A DNA stretch of 64,000 nucleotides, taken from contig CM022671.1 of the NCBI GenBank assembly GCA_012295275.1, positions 15,314,001-15,378,000 of the forward strand. The letters run 5' to 3'. The translations under genes and the position numbers were made by a program. This document shows, piece after piece, positions 14,201-27,800 of the stretch; within the stretch, counting starts at the first letter, position 1, and each line of letters begins with the position of its first letter. The notes under the pieces are model-generated. The model did no database searches and was not told the DNA's origin. It saw nothing but the letters and a program-made list of their open reading frames with translations. This DNA is from Chrysomallon squamiferum (lineage: Eukaryota; Animalia; Mollusca).

Positions 14201-17200
14201 CATTTCAAAGATGCATTTTGAAAATAAATAAAAAAAAGCAACTAAAAAATAGAAGTTTATACAATAACAATAAATTGTTGTTGTAAAAATAATAAGTTCT
14301 TATTTAAGTATCAAAGCTATGTTCAGCATGGTTTTTTCCTTTTTAAAAATCTTAATTGGAAAGTGATAAATATTGTGAAAAAAAAATCAATGCAAAATTG
14401 TCTACCTATAGCCTGTAAAAATAAATAATGATAATTATTCACAACATCCACAGAATCCAAGTCAAGGTTGACAACATGTGGCATATTATACACAACAATT
14501 CAAGAGGACTACTGAAAATATTATAAGCAATCTCATAGAGTATTATAATACTTTAGAGTTTAAAAACAAATGCATAGCAAATAACTTCTCTGAAACATGA
14601 ACTAGATGTGGGGAAAATTTCATGAAACAATAATGATTAATGAACAACTGGCTAAAAATTAATCTTTCTTGACACAAACATGCTAAATGTAATTTTATTT
14701 TTGTGAAAACAAATTGTAAGATATTTTGTGTGAACCCTTTTAAAGATATCTTTTTGTAAAATATTTGTAATTCAGTGTCCATTATTACTGCATCCTCAGA
14801 TTGAAACCTGCATTTACATCACCATTCAGCTTGAAGATAACCTACCAATGCTGAACTCAACTAAATCAGAAAATTTTAAGATATCCAATTTCAGCATCTT
14901 TTTCGCTTTTTCAAGCAAAATTGGTTTCTTTGTCAAAAAATTTACCTTGTGACCTGTGCCTATATTCAGTTATGCACAGTCCATTCACAGCATTAAAGCT
15001 TAACATTAACTTAGAAATCTTCTTAAATGAGAACTTAAATGTATATTACATATCCACTACTTGACAACTATGACACTTCAGAACTGCAAAAAAATGGATT
15101 TTATCAGTTGACTATTTCTTATAATTTGCATGTTAATATTCAATGTATTTTAAAAATACAAAATTAAATGGTGCATTTAACATATGAGACAATTGGTGGT
15201 TTTAATGAAAGCAAAGTAACAGCAAATTATGTAACATCTCACTGACATGGAGGTTGAGAAACCTTTAAATAATACTGACATTTCAGTTTCTATGGCAATC
15301 ATTGATTACCTGACAGTTTAACAAATCCTTGATGACTAGCACCAACTGATGTTCCAACCAATAGTTTACCCTCATTGGAAATATTGATCATTATCAGACT
15401 AGTATTTCAAACTAATTTCTTTAACTAGCAAATATAATATTTTTCTGCTTATTTTTAGTCTATCATGTAGCAGGCAATGATACATAAATGGAGCTAAAAA
15501 AAAACACACAAAAAAAAAAACAAGAGAAAAATGGCTTCTGGTAAGGAGGAAACTTGTTTTCTAAATGAATTAGTGTATTTTCACCATCTTTTGGTTTAAT
15601 AAGCAAACAATAACAAAACATATTGGTTTGATGGTTTAAAAAATACATTGTTTCTTAAAGAAGCCCATTATTTCAATGGTTTTGCTTTACTTTACTTCTG
15701 GTTTAGCATTAATGTAGAATGGAGCAATTTAATTTACCTTCTTTTCATGGTTTATAAATATTTATGGCATTTCATAAATAAATTCTTCTGATAAAATGGG
15801 ACAAATATGTATTTATATGATTGCAGAACTATAAAAAATACAATTTCCTCAGTGAAGCATGAATTAAGAAATTATATTTGTATTTATGTAAATCTCAACA
15901 TAAACCAATAAAGATCATCTTTTCAAAGAAAATATGACGGAAATATTAATAACAAAGTTTGCAATGACAGCATGAAGAAAATGTAAGTGTATGTATAATT
16001 ACAAAATTATGAAATACATATATCCTCAATGAAAGCATGGCTTGTATTTATAAAAATCACAATACAAATCCATAAAAGAAATAATCTTTTCAATGTAAGC
16101 TTGAAGAAACAGTAGTAACACTGCACAGCACATTGTCTCATAAATTGCCTTTCCATACAGTAGTTTGCACAACACTATTCTCTACATCTAAACTGTCAAA
16201 CATGAAATAATTAACAGGTCTCCATACCAACCAGGACATTTTTGATTAATTAGATTTTTTTTAAATTTATATTCTGAAATAATTTACTTCAAAAAAAAAG
16301 ATCCAACATACAAAATGTTTTCCTACTTTTAATTTGGAAGAGAATAATTTTAATTTACACTTCAATGTTTACTTTTTGGCAGGATTTTAATACAATACCA
16401 ATTTATTTTATTTCACTAAGGGATTTTTTTTTTTGTTTTTTTTTTTTTTTTTTTTTTTAGCCCTTCTTGCTTATAATGTTCATTTTAAATTCATATTTCT
16501 AAACGTTTATACTTTCAAATTATGGGGAAATGACTAGCTTGACAAATAGTTACAGTTAAAAATTATATATTCAGTATCTACTTCTAATTAGAAAAACTAA
16601 ATTTGATTTTTACAATAGATTTGTAGTTAGTAATTGAGAATCTCCATATCAAAGTTTGCCTCATTTGCTAATCACACAAAATCTTAAAACCTGTCCTTAT
16701 TTACATTAACAATTTGCATTTTCTTTGCTAACATACTTCATTTCACCCTGAGTTTTTATTTTATAAACAACATTCTTCATTTGTCTTTATATATTTTCAT
16801 TACTTTATTTTACCCTGTATTTTAAGCAAACTTGTAAGTTAATATAAAAATATGTGTAACGAGAAAGCTGATGGCCTGCAAATTAAAGGTAACTGCAATA
16901 CATTTTTAATATATGTGTGTATATATATATATATATATTTTGTCTGTCTGTCTCTTCAGGATGGATTGAATAACATGGAGACAATTAGAAGGAATAATAA
17001 TCTGTAATCATAAATAGCGTAACAAGAAATATTTTTAAAATCTGGTAGTGAATATACCACAGTAGAATATTTTATGAAAAAAAACAAGCGCTCTCTCAGC
17101 AAAATGACATCTACATAATGACATATTTATTTAATAAACATACATTTAAATAAAACTAACCCATAACAATAACATAAATCTGTCAGATTTAGATTTTAAA

Positions 17201-18829
17201 TCTTCTCAAGTGCAGACATGAGCATTTTAGTTATGTGTGCATTAATTTTTTAGGTCTGGCCATATGAACAGTACTCAGTATGACATTTTATTTTTTTATT
17301 TCTATTTATTGTTTTTTTTTTTTTTTTTTTTTTCTTACTATAAATAAACAAGCAGGAAAAAAGGAAAAAAGAAAAAAAAAATGGAAAGAAAAATTGGATT
17401 TTCAGTTCAAATAGATCAGAAATTCACATAAAAATGTATGTTATTATTTGCTGTATCATTCAAGCCGATTTGTAAGACATCACTATTCACATTTAAATTT
17501 TGAAACGTTTTATTTACCACAATGCTGCTTTTTTTTGCCGATTTCATCCACTAAAATCAATACATTACTAATTCATACAAACAGTATATTGGAATAATAA
17601 TAATTATAAATTTCTGATTAGCATTCACTTGATAGCTGGTAATACAAGAGGAAACTTTTTTTAAATATATTTTCTGAAAATTTGTTGTTAAAAGGCCTGT
17701 AACATTTGAAAGGAAATATAGAGCTCAGTTTTTTTAATGCATCTGTTTCAGACTTTTAATAACATATAATAAAAATAAAAATTGTTTTGCAAACAGTTAA
17801 TAAATCTATATTAATCTGAATCATTTCAACTTGCTTCAAAATTATGTTGTATCATTTTAATAATTTTGCAGTCATGTTGGTAAACCACATTTTGAAGTCT
17901 AGTGTAATTATTTAGTAAACATATTTACCTTTGTTTTATATAATAATAACAAAGTGTTTAAATGAAAATAACAAATAAAGTTTAGTGAAAATGACACTGT
18001 TATGAAGTTCATGCAGTTTCTTTACTTCTCAGTTAGCTATCATACTCATAGTCATAGTATGTCTTACTGGAAAAATGACCAAGAGATGACAAATGGTTGA
18101 AATGGCAAATGTAAGTTAACTATGTATTCCTCGGCTTCTGTTTTCATTTTCACCATAAATGTATATTGTAAAAAAAACACTAATATTTTAAGTTAGTATC
18201 TAAAAAGATTTTACCAAAATACTAAATAAAAACCTCTTTTAGAAATGTGTTTAAATCATTACTAAATATAACGATATACTAATCATAAACACCAAATCTG
18301 ACACTGACAGTAAATGAATTTTAACATTTCTTCACTTAACATATTGTTAAACATAAAAATGTTAGCAGCACTAAATACTGGTAACCATGATTAATAATCA
18401 TTATATCTTTGTAAACATCATGTGACGATGAAATGACTACTCACTAATCGGAAAAAAGCGCAATATGACAAATATTAAGTATAACGGGATGCAATGAATG
18501 GGCCTTCGTTCTAGTTTTTCTTAACATTCACACTGAATCTGGTCTATCAATGTAGTAAGATAAAAAAAACATAAAAACGATTAATTTTACTGAAAAATAA
18601 CTGAATAAATAAAAGAGAGAAAAGAAAAAGAAAAGAAAAAAAAATTATGATCGTCCCGACACAGCCACCGAGCCAGCCATGATGGACTCGGCATAATATT
18701 AAAGGCCATACCTCATTACAGTATGGTGGCGTATAATGACATGCAGTTTATTTATGCATGTACCAGAGATGCATATATGTAATATACACTGGACTGTTTT
18801 TATCATTGCCTCTAAAATTACCCAGCAAA

Positions 18830-18960
18830 ATTCTTACCTTAAAGGTCACTAAAGCAAGAACTCCTCTTGTGAATAAGTAGTCACGTGATTAAGGGGACTT
18901 CACTAGGATTGGTTTTCTCATTCATGCCTATTATTTATTCATAGTTGTTACAAGATGGCA
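18830..18960 (-). promoter_or_regulatory. Candidate promoter/first non-coding exon of a gene running leftward out of the window
   Basis: E-box GTCACGTGA 18880-18888, CCAAT (GATTGG ~18907), YY1-like AAGATGGC ~18952 and minus-strand donor AAG|GTAAGA at 18838/18837, within a CpG-rich patch. Confidence 0.35.
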
Positions 18961-21451
18961 GTGAAGTCATTAACATCTATCTACACATCTATAAACACAC
19001 ACACGCACACGGACACACACACATTTATTACATTATTCGAGAAATATAATTATTTGTTAGCAATATTATATATTATATAACAGTTTATTATGAAGAATTG
19101 ACGCATTATTTTATTATTATTATCTGCTTTATTTTGCACAATTATGTAAATACACTGTAAAATTAAAATACCTAAATAGTACAAGAAATAAAAACACATT
19201 TTTTTTTCTGTCCTGGTCGTTAAATAGTTCCGTATTACAGTTTCTGTAAATTTATAATTTTACATACATGATAAGCATCTTTTAGATATATATATAAAAA
19301 AATAATAATATGTAGTAACGACTTCAGCTGCTGAGGAAGAGTAGGTTGAATTATTTATGTGTATACGTCATTTTTTAAAATTGTTAACAAAGAATGACTA
19401 CAATCAAAATAAATGAATAAATGAAAATAATAATAATTTGGAAATACAAAACATTTATTTTTCGGCATTTAATCATTTCATATTTTTTCAAAGATATCTT
19501 ATAATCTTTTGTTTGAATATACCTTCACTAAACATACTTCATTTATACACATCAAGGAAGAAATATTTTATTTAACCATTCTTAACATAATGTAATCTAC
19601 AATTACGAGTTCGAGGACAACGAAAGAGCAAACGCGAAGCCCTAAAATTTTAATTAAATTATTATTTTTTTAATTTTTATTTGTTCCTTTCCACGTCAGT
19701 GAAACCAGATATAAAAGAACGAACCGTAGGGATTGTATAAAACGTTTGTGGGCACTGATTATAATAGTGGGACATTATAGTACCACCGAGATAGTCTTTA
19801 TTTAGTAATTTACATTACTGTCACCACAGCACTTCGCAGAGCTAGTTACTGCGAACGAACAAATGTAGAAAACGACGATATTCGTACGGCATCGAGGTTG
19901 TAAACAAATTCTTTTTACACAAACGTCAGGTCATCATAATGAATGTTGTTATACATTGATGACAAAGTTTCTCTAGTTTGTTCACGATGTGGTTTGCTTA
20001 TGTTCAGTGTTCAGATTTTTCCAATTTATACATTTACATTACGATTCTGGGTGAAACGTGGATTTCTTCAATTGCACACTGAACATTATAACGGCAAAAT
20101 TAATCATTTTGTTTATGTTGGCATTATAAAAAAGAATTAATATATGAACGAAAATGTCCATTACAGATTGATTGAAACACTGCTGATACCTCAATCCAAA
20201 CGATTACACAAACAAACAACCAAACAAACAAAATAATAAATAATAAATAAAAAATAATTCTAAGATTAATGCATGGTAAATATAGGCTTGCATTTATCAG
20301 TTGTGTGAAATCGGACAAAAGCCCACTCATTAAACTGATTAATCAGAATTCTGGAAAAAACCCAATTCTGCACTTCAAAGGAATATTTTTAAACTGAAAT
20401 TTGGTTCTGATGTTTATGAATCCACAAATAATGCAAAGGTGCCATTAGTGGTAGCTGGATTCCCTTAAAGAGCAACAACATAGAATCCGTTTAATGTATT
20501 ATGAATCAATCTCGTTGATGACAAAGTTAATCTAGAACATTTTTTTAGATAATTTTTTATATCTAACTCTGTCGAGTATTCATTAAGTTTTTATTCCAAA
20601 AGAAAAAGCATAGATTAATATAAAACTAGATATTGTGGAAAGCAAACCAGTGATTTCAGGAAATTATTGTTTTTTTAAATTATATTTTTGTTCTGGTTAT
20701 TATCTATTTACTTAAATTTGTTTGTATTATCTTTAAAACAATGAAAATAATTTTTTTCACCTTTTGTTTGAGTGTTCTTTTAAGATAATCGAGTGCTCTA
20801 TGCAGAGTGGATCATTTAAATGAATTAGTTTGAAAATATCAGTTAAGGAATATTAGCAGTAAATGATATTTCAGTAAAATTTCAACACTGCTGTAAACAG
20901 TATTGGTGGGTTTGTTCAGTTTTTTTCTGACATAACAAAGGAATACATAAGGTCTCAATTTAATTTATTCAATGAAAATGCCAAAACATCTAAAAAAATT
21001 CATCTTCAAGGTAGCTTTATTTATATAATAAACCTTATCACTCAATGGATAACTCAAACTGACATCATCCAAAGGACTGAATACATAGAAAAGAAACAAA
21101 TCTATAAACATTTAAAATATATCAATGTATAAATAGAAACTGTCTGAATATATTATAAATTCTTCCAAGAAATGTTATAATTTTTCTGTCATCCAATCTT
21201 AATTAATAGTGAAGTGTAACAATAAAAGAGAACTGATCAAAAACAGTTGGGTTCTTCCATGTTTCTCACTTTATTGCATACAGCCAGATCAGTTTGATGA
21301 GAGAAATGAAGGCTATCAATCTACACTGACACCATGCCTATTGTAAATGGATAAAAATAGTAGCATATATCTTTTTGTAAACATTATTATTGTCATACAT
21401 AAGTATGACTGATGACAGGTCACCCAAAACTAAAAAAGAAGTATAAAGTAA

Positions 21452-21728
21452 TTTACTTCAATAAATATATATTTTATCTGAAACAGTAAAGCAATATAAA
21501 GTAATTCATTACATCATTTATTTGTACTGTCACAGGTATACTTCAGTAACCATTTAATTGATCTGCATCAGTAATGAAGTGTAAAGAAATTCATTACATC
21601 ATTTATTTCTACCATAGCATATACACTTAATAAACATTTATTTTATCTGAAACAATAAAAAAAAAACTATAAAATAATTCCATTACGTTTATTTGTACAT
21701 GTACACTTTAATGAACATTTATTTTATT
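21452..21728. repeat. Degenerate ~85-bp tandem repeat (~3 copies) downstream of the nischarin stop
   Basis: Recurrent AATTCATTACATCATTTATTT and AATAAACATTTATTTTATCTGAAACA-like blocks. Confidence 0.7.
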
Positions 21729-22347
21729 ACAGAGATTTAAAATTATTAATGATCAATAAAATGAAAACAGCACACAATCAAAGACATTATTTAATGAAAT
21801 ACAACTAATTTCCAGTCTTATCTTATAAGATAAAATATCAAGTTTTATGATGCAAGATGTTGTACTTCATCTTATAAACATCCAAAATGTTTTGAAGAAA
21901 AAAGAGCACTATGTAAACCAAAACAGGAAATAATAACATCATCTGGGTTTTATTTAGGAATGTATAAAAATGATCAGGTTATTTTGTAATCATTTTTAAT
22001 ATTAGTACATTTTGTTCAAATGGAAAGTTTTGTTTCACTGATAATCCTTTTTCCTAAATGTATTACCAATCCATTATTGAACAGAAATAATCTCTAATGG
22101 TTTTTTCGAGGTTATGCTCTTCTTCTAAACTGGTTGAAAAAATGGAAAGAGTTTGCATTATTTCTAATAATTAGTTTATATTCTAAAGCATAGTCATTAA
22201 GTGTAGTTTTCATAAGTATAATATTTATGATTTTAATTTGTTTCACACAAATTTGCCCTGAAAATGGAAAAACAAATGTTACAATTCCTTTTCCTTTGTT
22301 CTCTGGACGAATAATGTATCTAAACAAATACTTCATTACAGAATAAA

Positions 22348-24862
22348 TTAAAATGGTTCACTAACAATATCCAGTATTCGTCCAACTTCTGGGTTCAGTT
22401 CCTTCCAGTGTTTCCCTAAGAGATAAACAAGTTTTTGTTTTTCTGAAATACTCTGAATATAGATCATCACTTTGTACTCTGGTCTTGGTAGTCTGCCTTT
22501 TGCTGTTTCTTTGCCACTGAAATGGTCAAAAGTTGTGTCCACTACAATTTCTTCCTGCTCATCAGCAAAAACTAAACAAAGTAAATGATCATTGTGATTA
22601 GGCAGAACTAGGCACTTCAGATCTTCAATTTTCCTAGCATCTAGGATTTTGTGCCTGGGATTCTCTGGCAGACCTCTAACAAAGTCTGGCAGAGGATAAG
22701 TCACCAAATCTTCTTCAGCCAAACAAATGTATGTGCTAGTCATAATGAGACTTGTTGGCTTAACATCTGCAGATGAAAATTCAGTGAAGTCAAGTGGTAC
22801 TGTGTAACACAAAATGAACATCCATAGAATTTCATTGACTACTGTGGATGAATGCATTTGGTTATTAACCAAGTAAAGAATATCTTCCACTGCATCATCA
22901 CCTGGGTAGCAGAACCTTACTTGACTTGGGTGAGTGTATTCTAATCCTTCAGTAGTTGACTTTGTTCTTTTCATAAAAGCTCGATAGAAATCTGCCTCCA
23001 TATCTTTTTTATCTCGATCAGTTACTGGAGATTTTACTATCAGTGACAGGATATTTGTTAGCTGATCTAAAAATTCCCCCGTGATGCAGCTGTCTCTGAA
23101 AACTAATGTGAAGACAGAAGAAGCCTCTCGTCCAGTCAAGCGAACACACTGATCAAACAATCCAACGTTGACCTGTTGTAAATCAGTATATTTCAAAATA
23201 CAGTATGGTTTTATTCTGTTGTCACTACTGTCATTCTGGTGAACATCTTTGGTCTTCCATCCTAAAACTGAATCAGACTGATGTCTGCTGTGTGTCATCC
23301 ATGGTGGACGTTTGCTTACTTGAGAATGCACAGGACTTGAAACCAAGTAAACTGCAAGAGTACTCAGCATTACAAGAGTTGCAATTTCCTGATTATGGTT
23401 ATCATATGGAATAACAACAGTCCACACCACATGTCTGAGTTCTTCAGTCAAATAATCTGTCCTTTCTTGGATTGAAATATTGCTGTGGAAAAAGTTGACA
23501 AGGCTATTTCCATCCATTAATGTCAGAACTTTTAGTTTGGGTGGTAATTTGATCTCCTGATATCTTTTTCTAACACAGTTTTTTAAGTGACATTCCAGCT
23601 CTTCTGTTAAATATGATACTTTCATACTGCTTTCAACTTTTTCATGTTGCTTGCCTATTGCAGCAAAAAGTTCAGCATCTGCATCATGTCTCTGAATATC
23701 ATTTGGAAATGAAAAATTAAGTTTTACCTGAATGCTTAATTCATCAGCTGGATATCTACCATGGTGCACTTTTGACATGTAATGTTTATCAAGACTTGAC
23801 GGCAGAGAACACGTTACAGAAGAAACTGGTTCTTTCAAGCTGACATTATAGTCAATACTTTCATTCCCACCTTCTGGTTCCTGCCGGAATGTAGGTAACA
23901 TTTTGTTAGAATATTCTGCTCTCAGGCTAGTTAATCTATCCAAAAACAACTCCCTGTAGAATGAAGAGAGAAAATAAATATTAAATGTTTGGTTTCCTTC
24001 TGATTCATGAACAATCATAGACAGTCCATATTCAATGAATCTAACTGCATAATGGTCCTTGGTTTCTGGATTATTACAAAATTCCCTTGTCTGATCTATC
24101 TGATGTAGGTTAATATCACTGATGCTAACAACCACTGGATGAGTCTGAAGAGAGTTGAAATCTGGAAAGTCTCTGCTTGAACTTTCAAATGTTGGCAATG
24201 GCCAAACAATGAACTCTTCTGGTAAAAGATGTATTTGTGTTTCAGACAGAAGCAGGAGAGACCTGTCAAATGAAGATTTTTCTCTGACAACAGCTGCAAA
24301 CACAATTCTATCAAATGGAATAGCAGATTTCTCTTTGCACAGGAAAATATTATTCACCATTTCTGAAGAGCTTGACAAATCAATGATATCTGGAGGATTA
24401 GCTTTACAAACATGCTTGAAAGAGTCCACAAAATTTTTCAAATCCACTGAATCAAGTCCTATGAGGTTAAATGTACCAACTTCAAATACAAAAGATTCTT
24501 CAAATCTAATGAATGAAAAGCAACAGCCTATGACAACTTGTTGAATATTTCTCAAAGGTAAGATGTAAAATGGTTCAAAATCTGGTACTCCAGGGAAGTC
24601 AGAATGTAAATTAGTCACTTTCTGAATGAAAAGGTTACTTTTGGTAAGAATTGCACAACAGACAAATGGAATATCTGGCACTGAGTATTGGACTGCTAAG
24701 CACCAGAGAATATCAACAACAGGCTCACGAGGAAGGGAACTATGTAGCATAGCTTCATTCTTTGAATTTCTCACACCACTGAACTCACAATCTATCCAGT
24801 GAACAAAGTCTTGATTTCTCTTTTTTGGAAGGTCTGAATAATTCAGAAGTAAAATGCTGTAA
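22348..24862 (-). CDS. NISCH: Nischarin terminal coding exon (2515 nt)
   Basis: Corresponds to the 843-aa ORF in the track. Acceptor tatttcag|T at 24863/24862 matches the phase-2 donor of the preceding exon (25446). Stop TAA at 22348-22350. Confidence 0.92.
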
Positions 24863-27800
24863 CTGAAATAAGATGACAATTATTACCCAATCATACTTGT
24901 TCTTAAATTATTAATAAAGTTTGTCATTTAATTGTAATTAAATATTAATAATATCAAACATCATGATTAAATGGTATCTAAATACATTTGAGAATCAAAT
25001 AAAAAAATTTGATGAAATCTGATAATTTGTTTTTGTTTGATTATTTGCTTTTAAGCTTAATATTAGTAATAACTGCTAAAAGGCAAAGACCACTTTTTGA
25101 CTCTTTACTGACTACAGTGTTATAAATAATTATATTAACTTAAGTTCCATAACCATACAATGCAGTAAACTAAAAGTAAATAAATGTTGAGGATCCCTTA
25201 TCTAGACCAGAAATATTTCAGATTACAGAATTTTCATATTTTGGAGATGAAGGGATAGCCTTAAAATATGATCAACGTTGTATTTTGTATATAGCTTATG
25301 CAGATAGAGTACAGGTATTTTATAATAAATTTTTATGTGAAATAATGTTTGCAAAGTCTACCTATATCTAAAAATTATAATATATAACAATTTTGTTATC
25401 CAGTTCGAAATTTTGGATAAAAGATCCTCATTTATTTATTTATACCTTCCATTTTTGTTGTCCTTTTGGTTGCTTTCTGGTTTATGAGGTACCATTACTC
25501 TATCCTCTTTTTGCCTAGATAAACTGCTGCATTTGTCAGCACTGGTTGGAAATACTGGACTAGACTGTAATAAAATTTCAATAAAATTATAGAATTATAG
25601 AATTAAGTTATAAAAAATAAACCTGCAGTGCTTAGAGCCAAACCGTGATCAAAGTATTCAAAGATCATGATATTAATTTGGTTAATATGAACAGTACATT
25701 TGCATATTTCATTAACAAAGCATTACAGTGTAAGAGTTCATCTCAATGCAAATTCCTAAGGAACAACTGCTAAAAAGTATATGTTTTCATTCCTTTTAGG
25801 GCTATTAAACTTTTTTCGACAATTACAGACTGATATTGCTAAATGGTGTGGTAACTGGAAATTTCGTAATATTTCACTTTTAATGATATTATTTTATTGT
25901 GTTGTGTTCAGATGGCAGCTTTGTTGTGATCATTCTACTACATATATAAATACGCTTACTGAATTGGAACTGAAAGAAGAATATTAATTTTCATCAAATC
26001 CTCAGTGTAATCAGAAATATTAAGCTGAGAAATTTAAGACAGCAAAATAGTATTTGATATTCTAAAACATAGTACAAGCAACTGTACAAAAAAAGCCCCA
26101 ACATTTCAATAAAGTGAAAACAAGTAAACTATCAGTCTTACTTGTCTGTTGTTGGTTTTATTTTATTTTGGTGATTTCACAATGAAGCAAGAATAGTAAC
26201 TCTGGATGACATCTTCCTATACCAGCACTTTGTTTAAGCCAGTCCCAATTGTTTAACCAGAGTCTACTGTACATGAAACTCATAGAGATTGGACTTTCGC
26301 ATCTAATCAACTGATGCAATGGTATCCTAATAACTGTATATAAATAAGGGAATACCAACAATAATGTATATGCCAATTTAAACGGAACCCACTGTACATG
26401 ACTCCCAGATAAGATGTATTCTTGCATCACTCCAGTATTATTTACCTTTTTTTTTCTATCAGCTTCTGTTTCGTTATTAAAGATGTGTAGCCAATTACAT
26501 CCTGCTTGTTGTCGCAAAGTTTCCACGTGAGCCTGCAGGACTGGTGTCTCTGATTGTGTGCTGTTTTTACCTATGACTTGTAAAAGAATTTAACAAATAT
26601 TTATCTAATGATCTTCTGGTAAATATAATTCTTCATTGTGTTACTACAAAATTAAAATAATGAAGAATCATGTATATAAACTCTCTAAAAGTATCTCATT
26701 TGCTTATATGAATGCACACACATTATTATGTATTTTCACTAAGTAGCATTATAAATGTTCATCAGAAAATAAACAAACACCAAAATCTTTTATATAATGC
26801 TAGCATCGAAGAGAGCACTATTATTCATTATAATCTGATATTCATTTGTTTTTTGTTTTTTCTGAATAAGGACACTGCACACAATCATAATTCTTGTCAA
26901 CCCAAGTGATACATACTTGATTACCTGGGGAAGGATTATTTCCATTAGTCTTTTCACCTGTGAAATCGGGTGAATTACTGCCCTGTAACAAATGTGATGA
27001 CTCAGTCAAGCTTGAAGTAGAGGGGACCTGCAATTAATATAATTAATGTAATTGAATGAAGAATTATTGTTACATTAATGTTGATGATTTCATTTAACTA
27101 AGAACAATGACCAGAAGGACAACAAATACACAAGATATAAATAAATATTTATTTACTTCCAGTTTATTGCTTTGAACTTACGTTTCCCATTGTTTCTTTA
27201 AACTGGTCATTCATGAATTTTATCAATAATCGTTCTTTGATTTTCTTTTAAATGTTTTAACAGAATTGTTAGGCTTAAATACAAATAAATAAAAGTGAAC
27301 TAATTCTGTTTTAAACAGTAGTCATCAGAACAGATGTTATAAAACAAATTTTTATTTGTGAAAATTAAAGTGTGGAGAAACAAACATACTTTTAAATTCA
27401 TGACTGGAAAACTGTAAAAATAAAATAAAATACCCTTTAAACTTTAAAGATCAACTGATATAAAAACAAGTGAATAGTAACAGGAATGTAATTTTACCTT
27501 TTTTGGTGTCAGTCTTTTCACTTTTTCTTTGTTGTCTTTTGACTTCTGTAAGGCTTGTAGTACAGCTACAGTATCCAGCTCTTTTTGACTTGGCCGCTGA
27601 TTGTCCAAAATGATCTGTTTATAAAGACATTTTAGAAGTATTACTGGTAATAGTCGTATTTGATTTTCTTCAATATGGTATATGAATACTGTTTTTATGG
27701 TTATAATATTTTGTATGTATCAGCAACATAAATGAAGAAAATACTTAAAAATTAAACAACCTAACAACATAAATGAATAACCAATAGAAAATAATCCCAA

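Noticed and set aside
18648-18745. H/ACA snoRNA, SECIS, hammerhead/twister or vault RNA assignment for the GC-rich island
   Set aside because: Hairpins are too short for H/ACA, and there is no CUGANGA/GAAA core, no paired SECIS helix and no B box. Kept only as an unassigned structure.
19956-20536. Short direct repeat TTGATGACAAAGTT..TCTAG, possible LTR or C-box
   Set aside because: Only ~20 bp, with no LTR termini, TSD or snoRNA terminal stem.
24155-24544. 129-aa plus-strand ORF (also 23205-23414 and 24096-24314)
   Set aside because: Shadow or off-frame ORFs overlapping the large nischarin exon, with non-ATG starts in some and no independent gene signals.
26141-26216. Possible extra nischarin cassette exon (tag|GAAGAT...ACAA|gtaag)
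   Set aside because: Contains stops in the required frame, and the flanking exons already join in phase without it.
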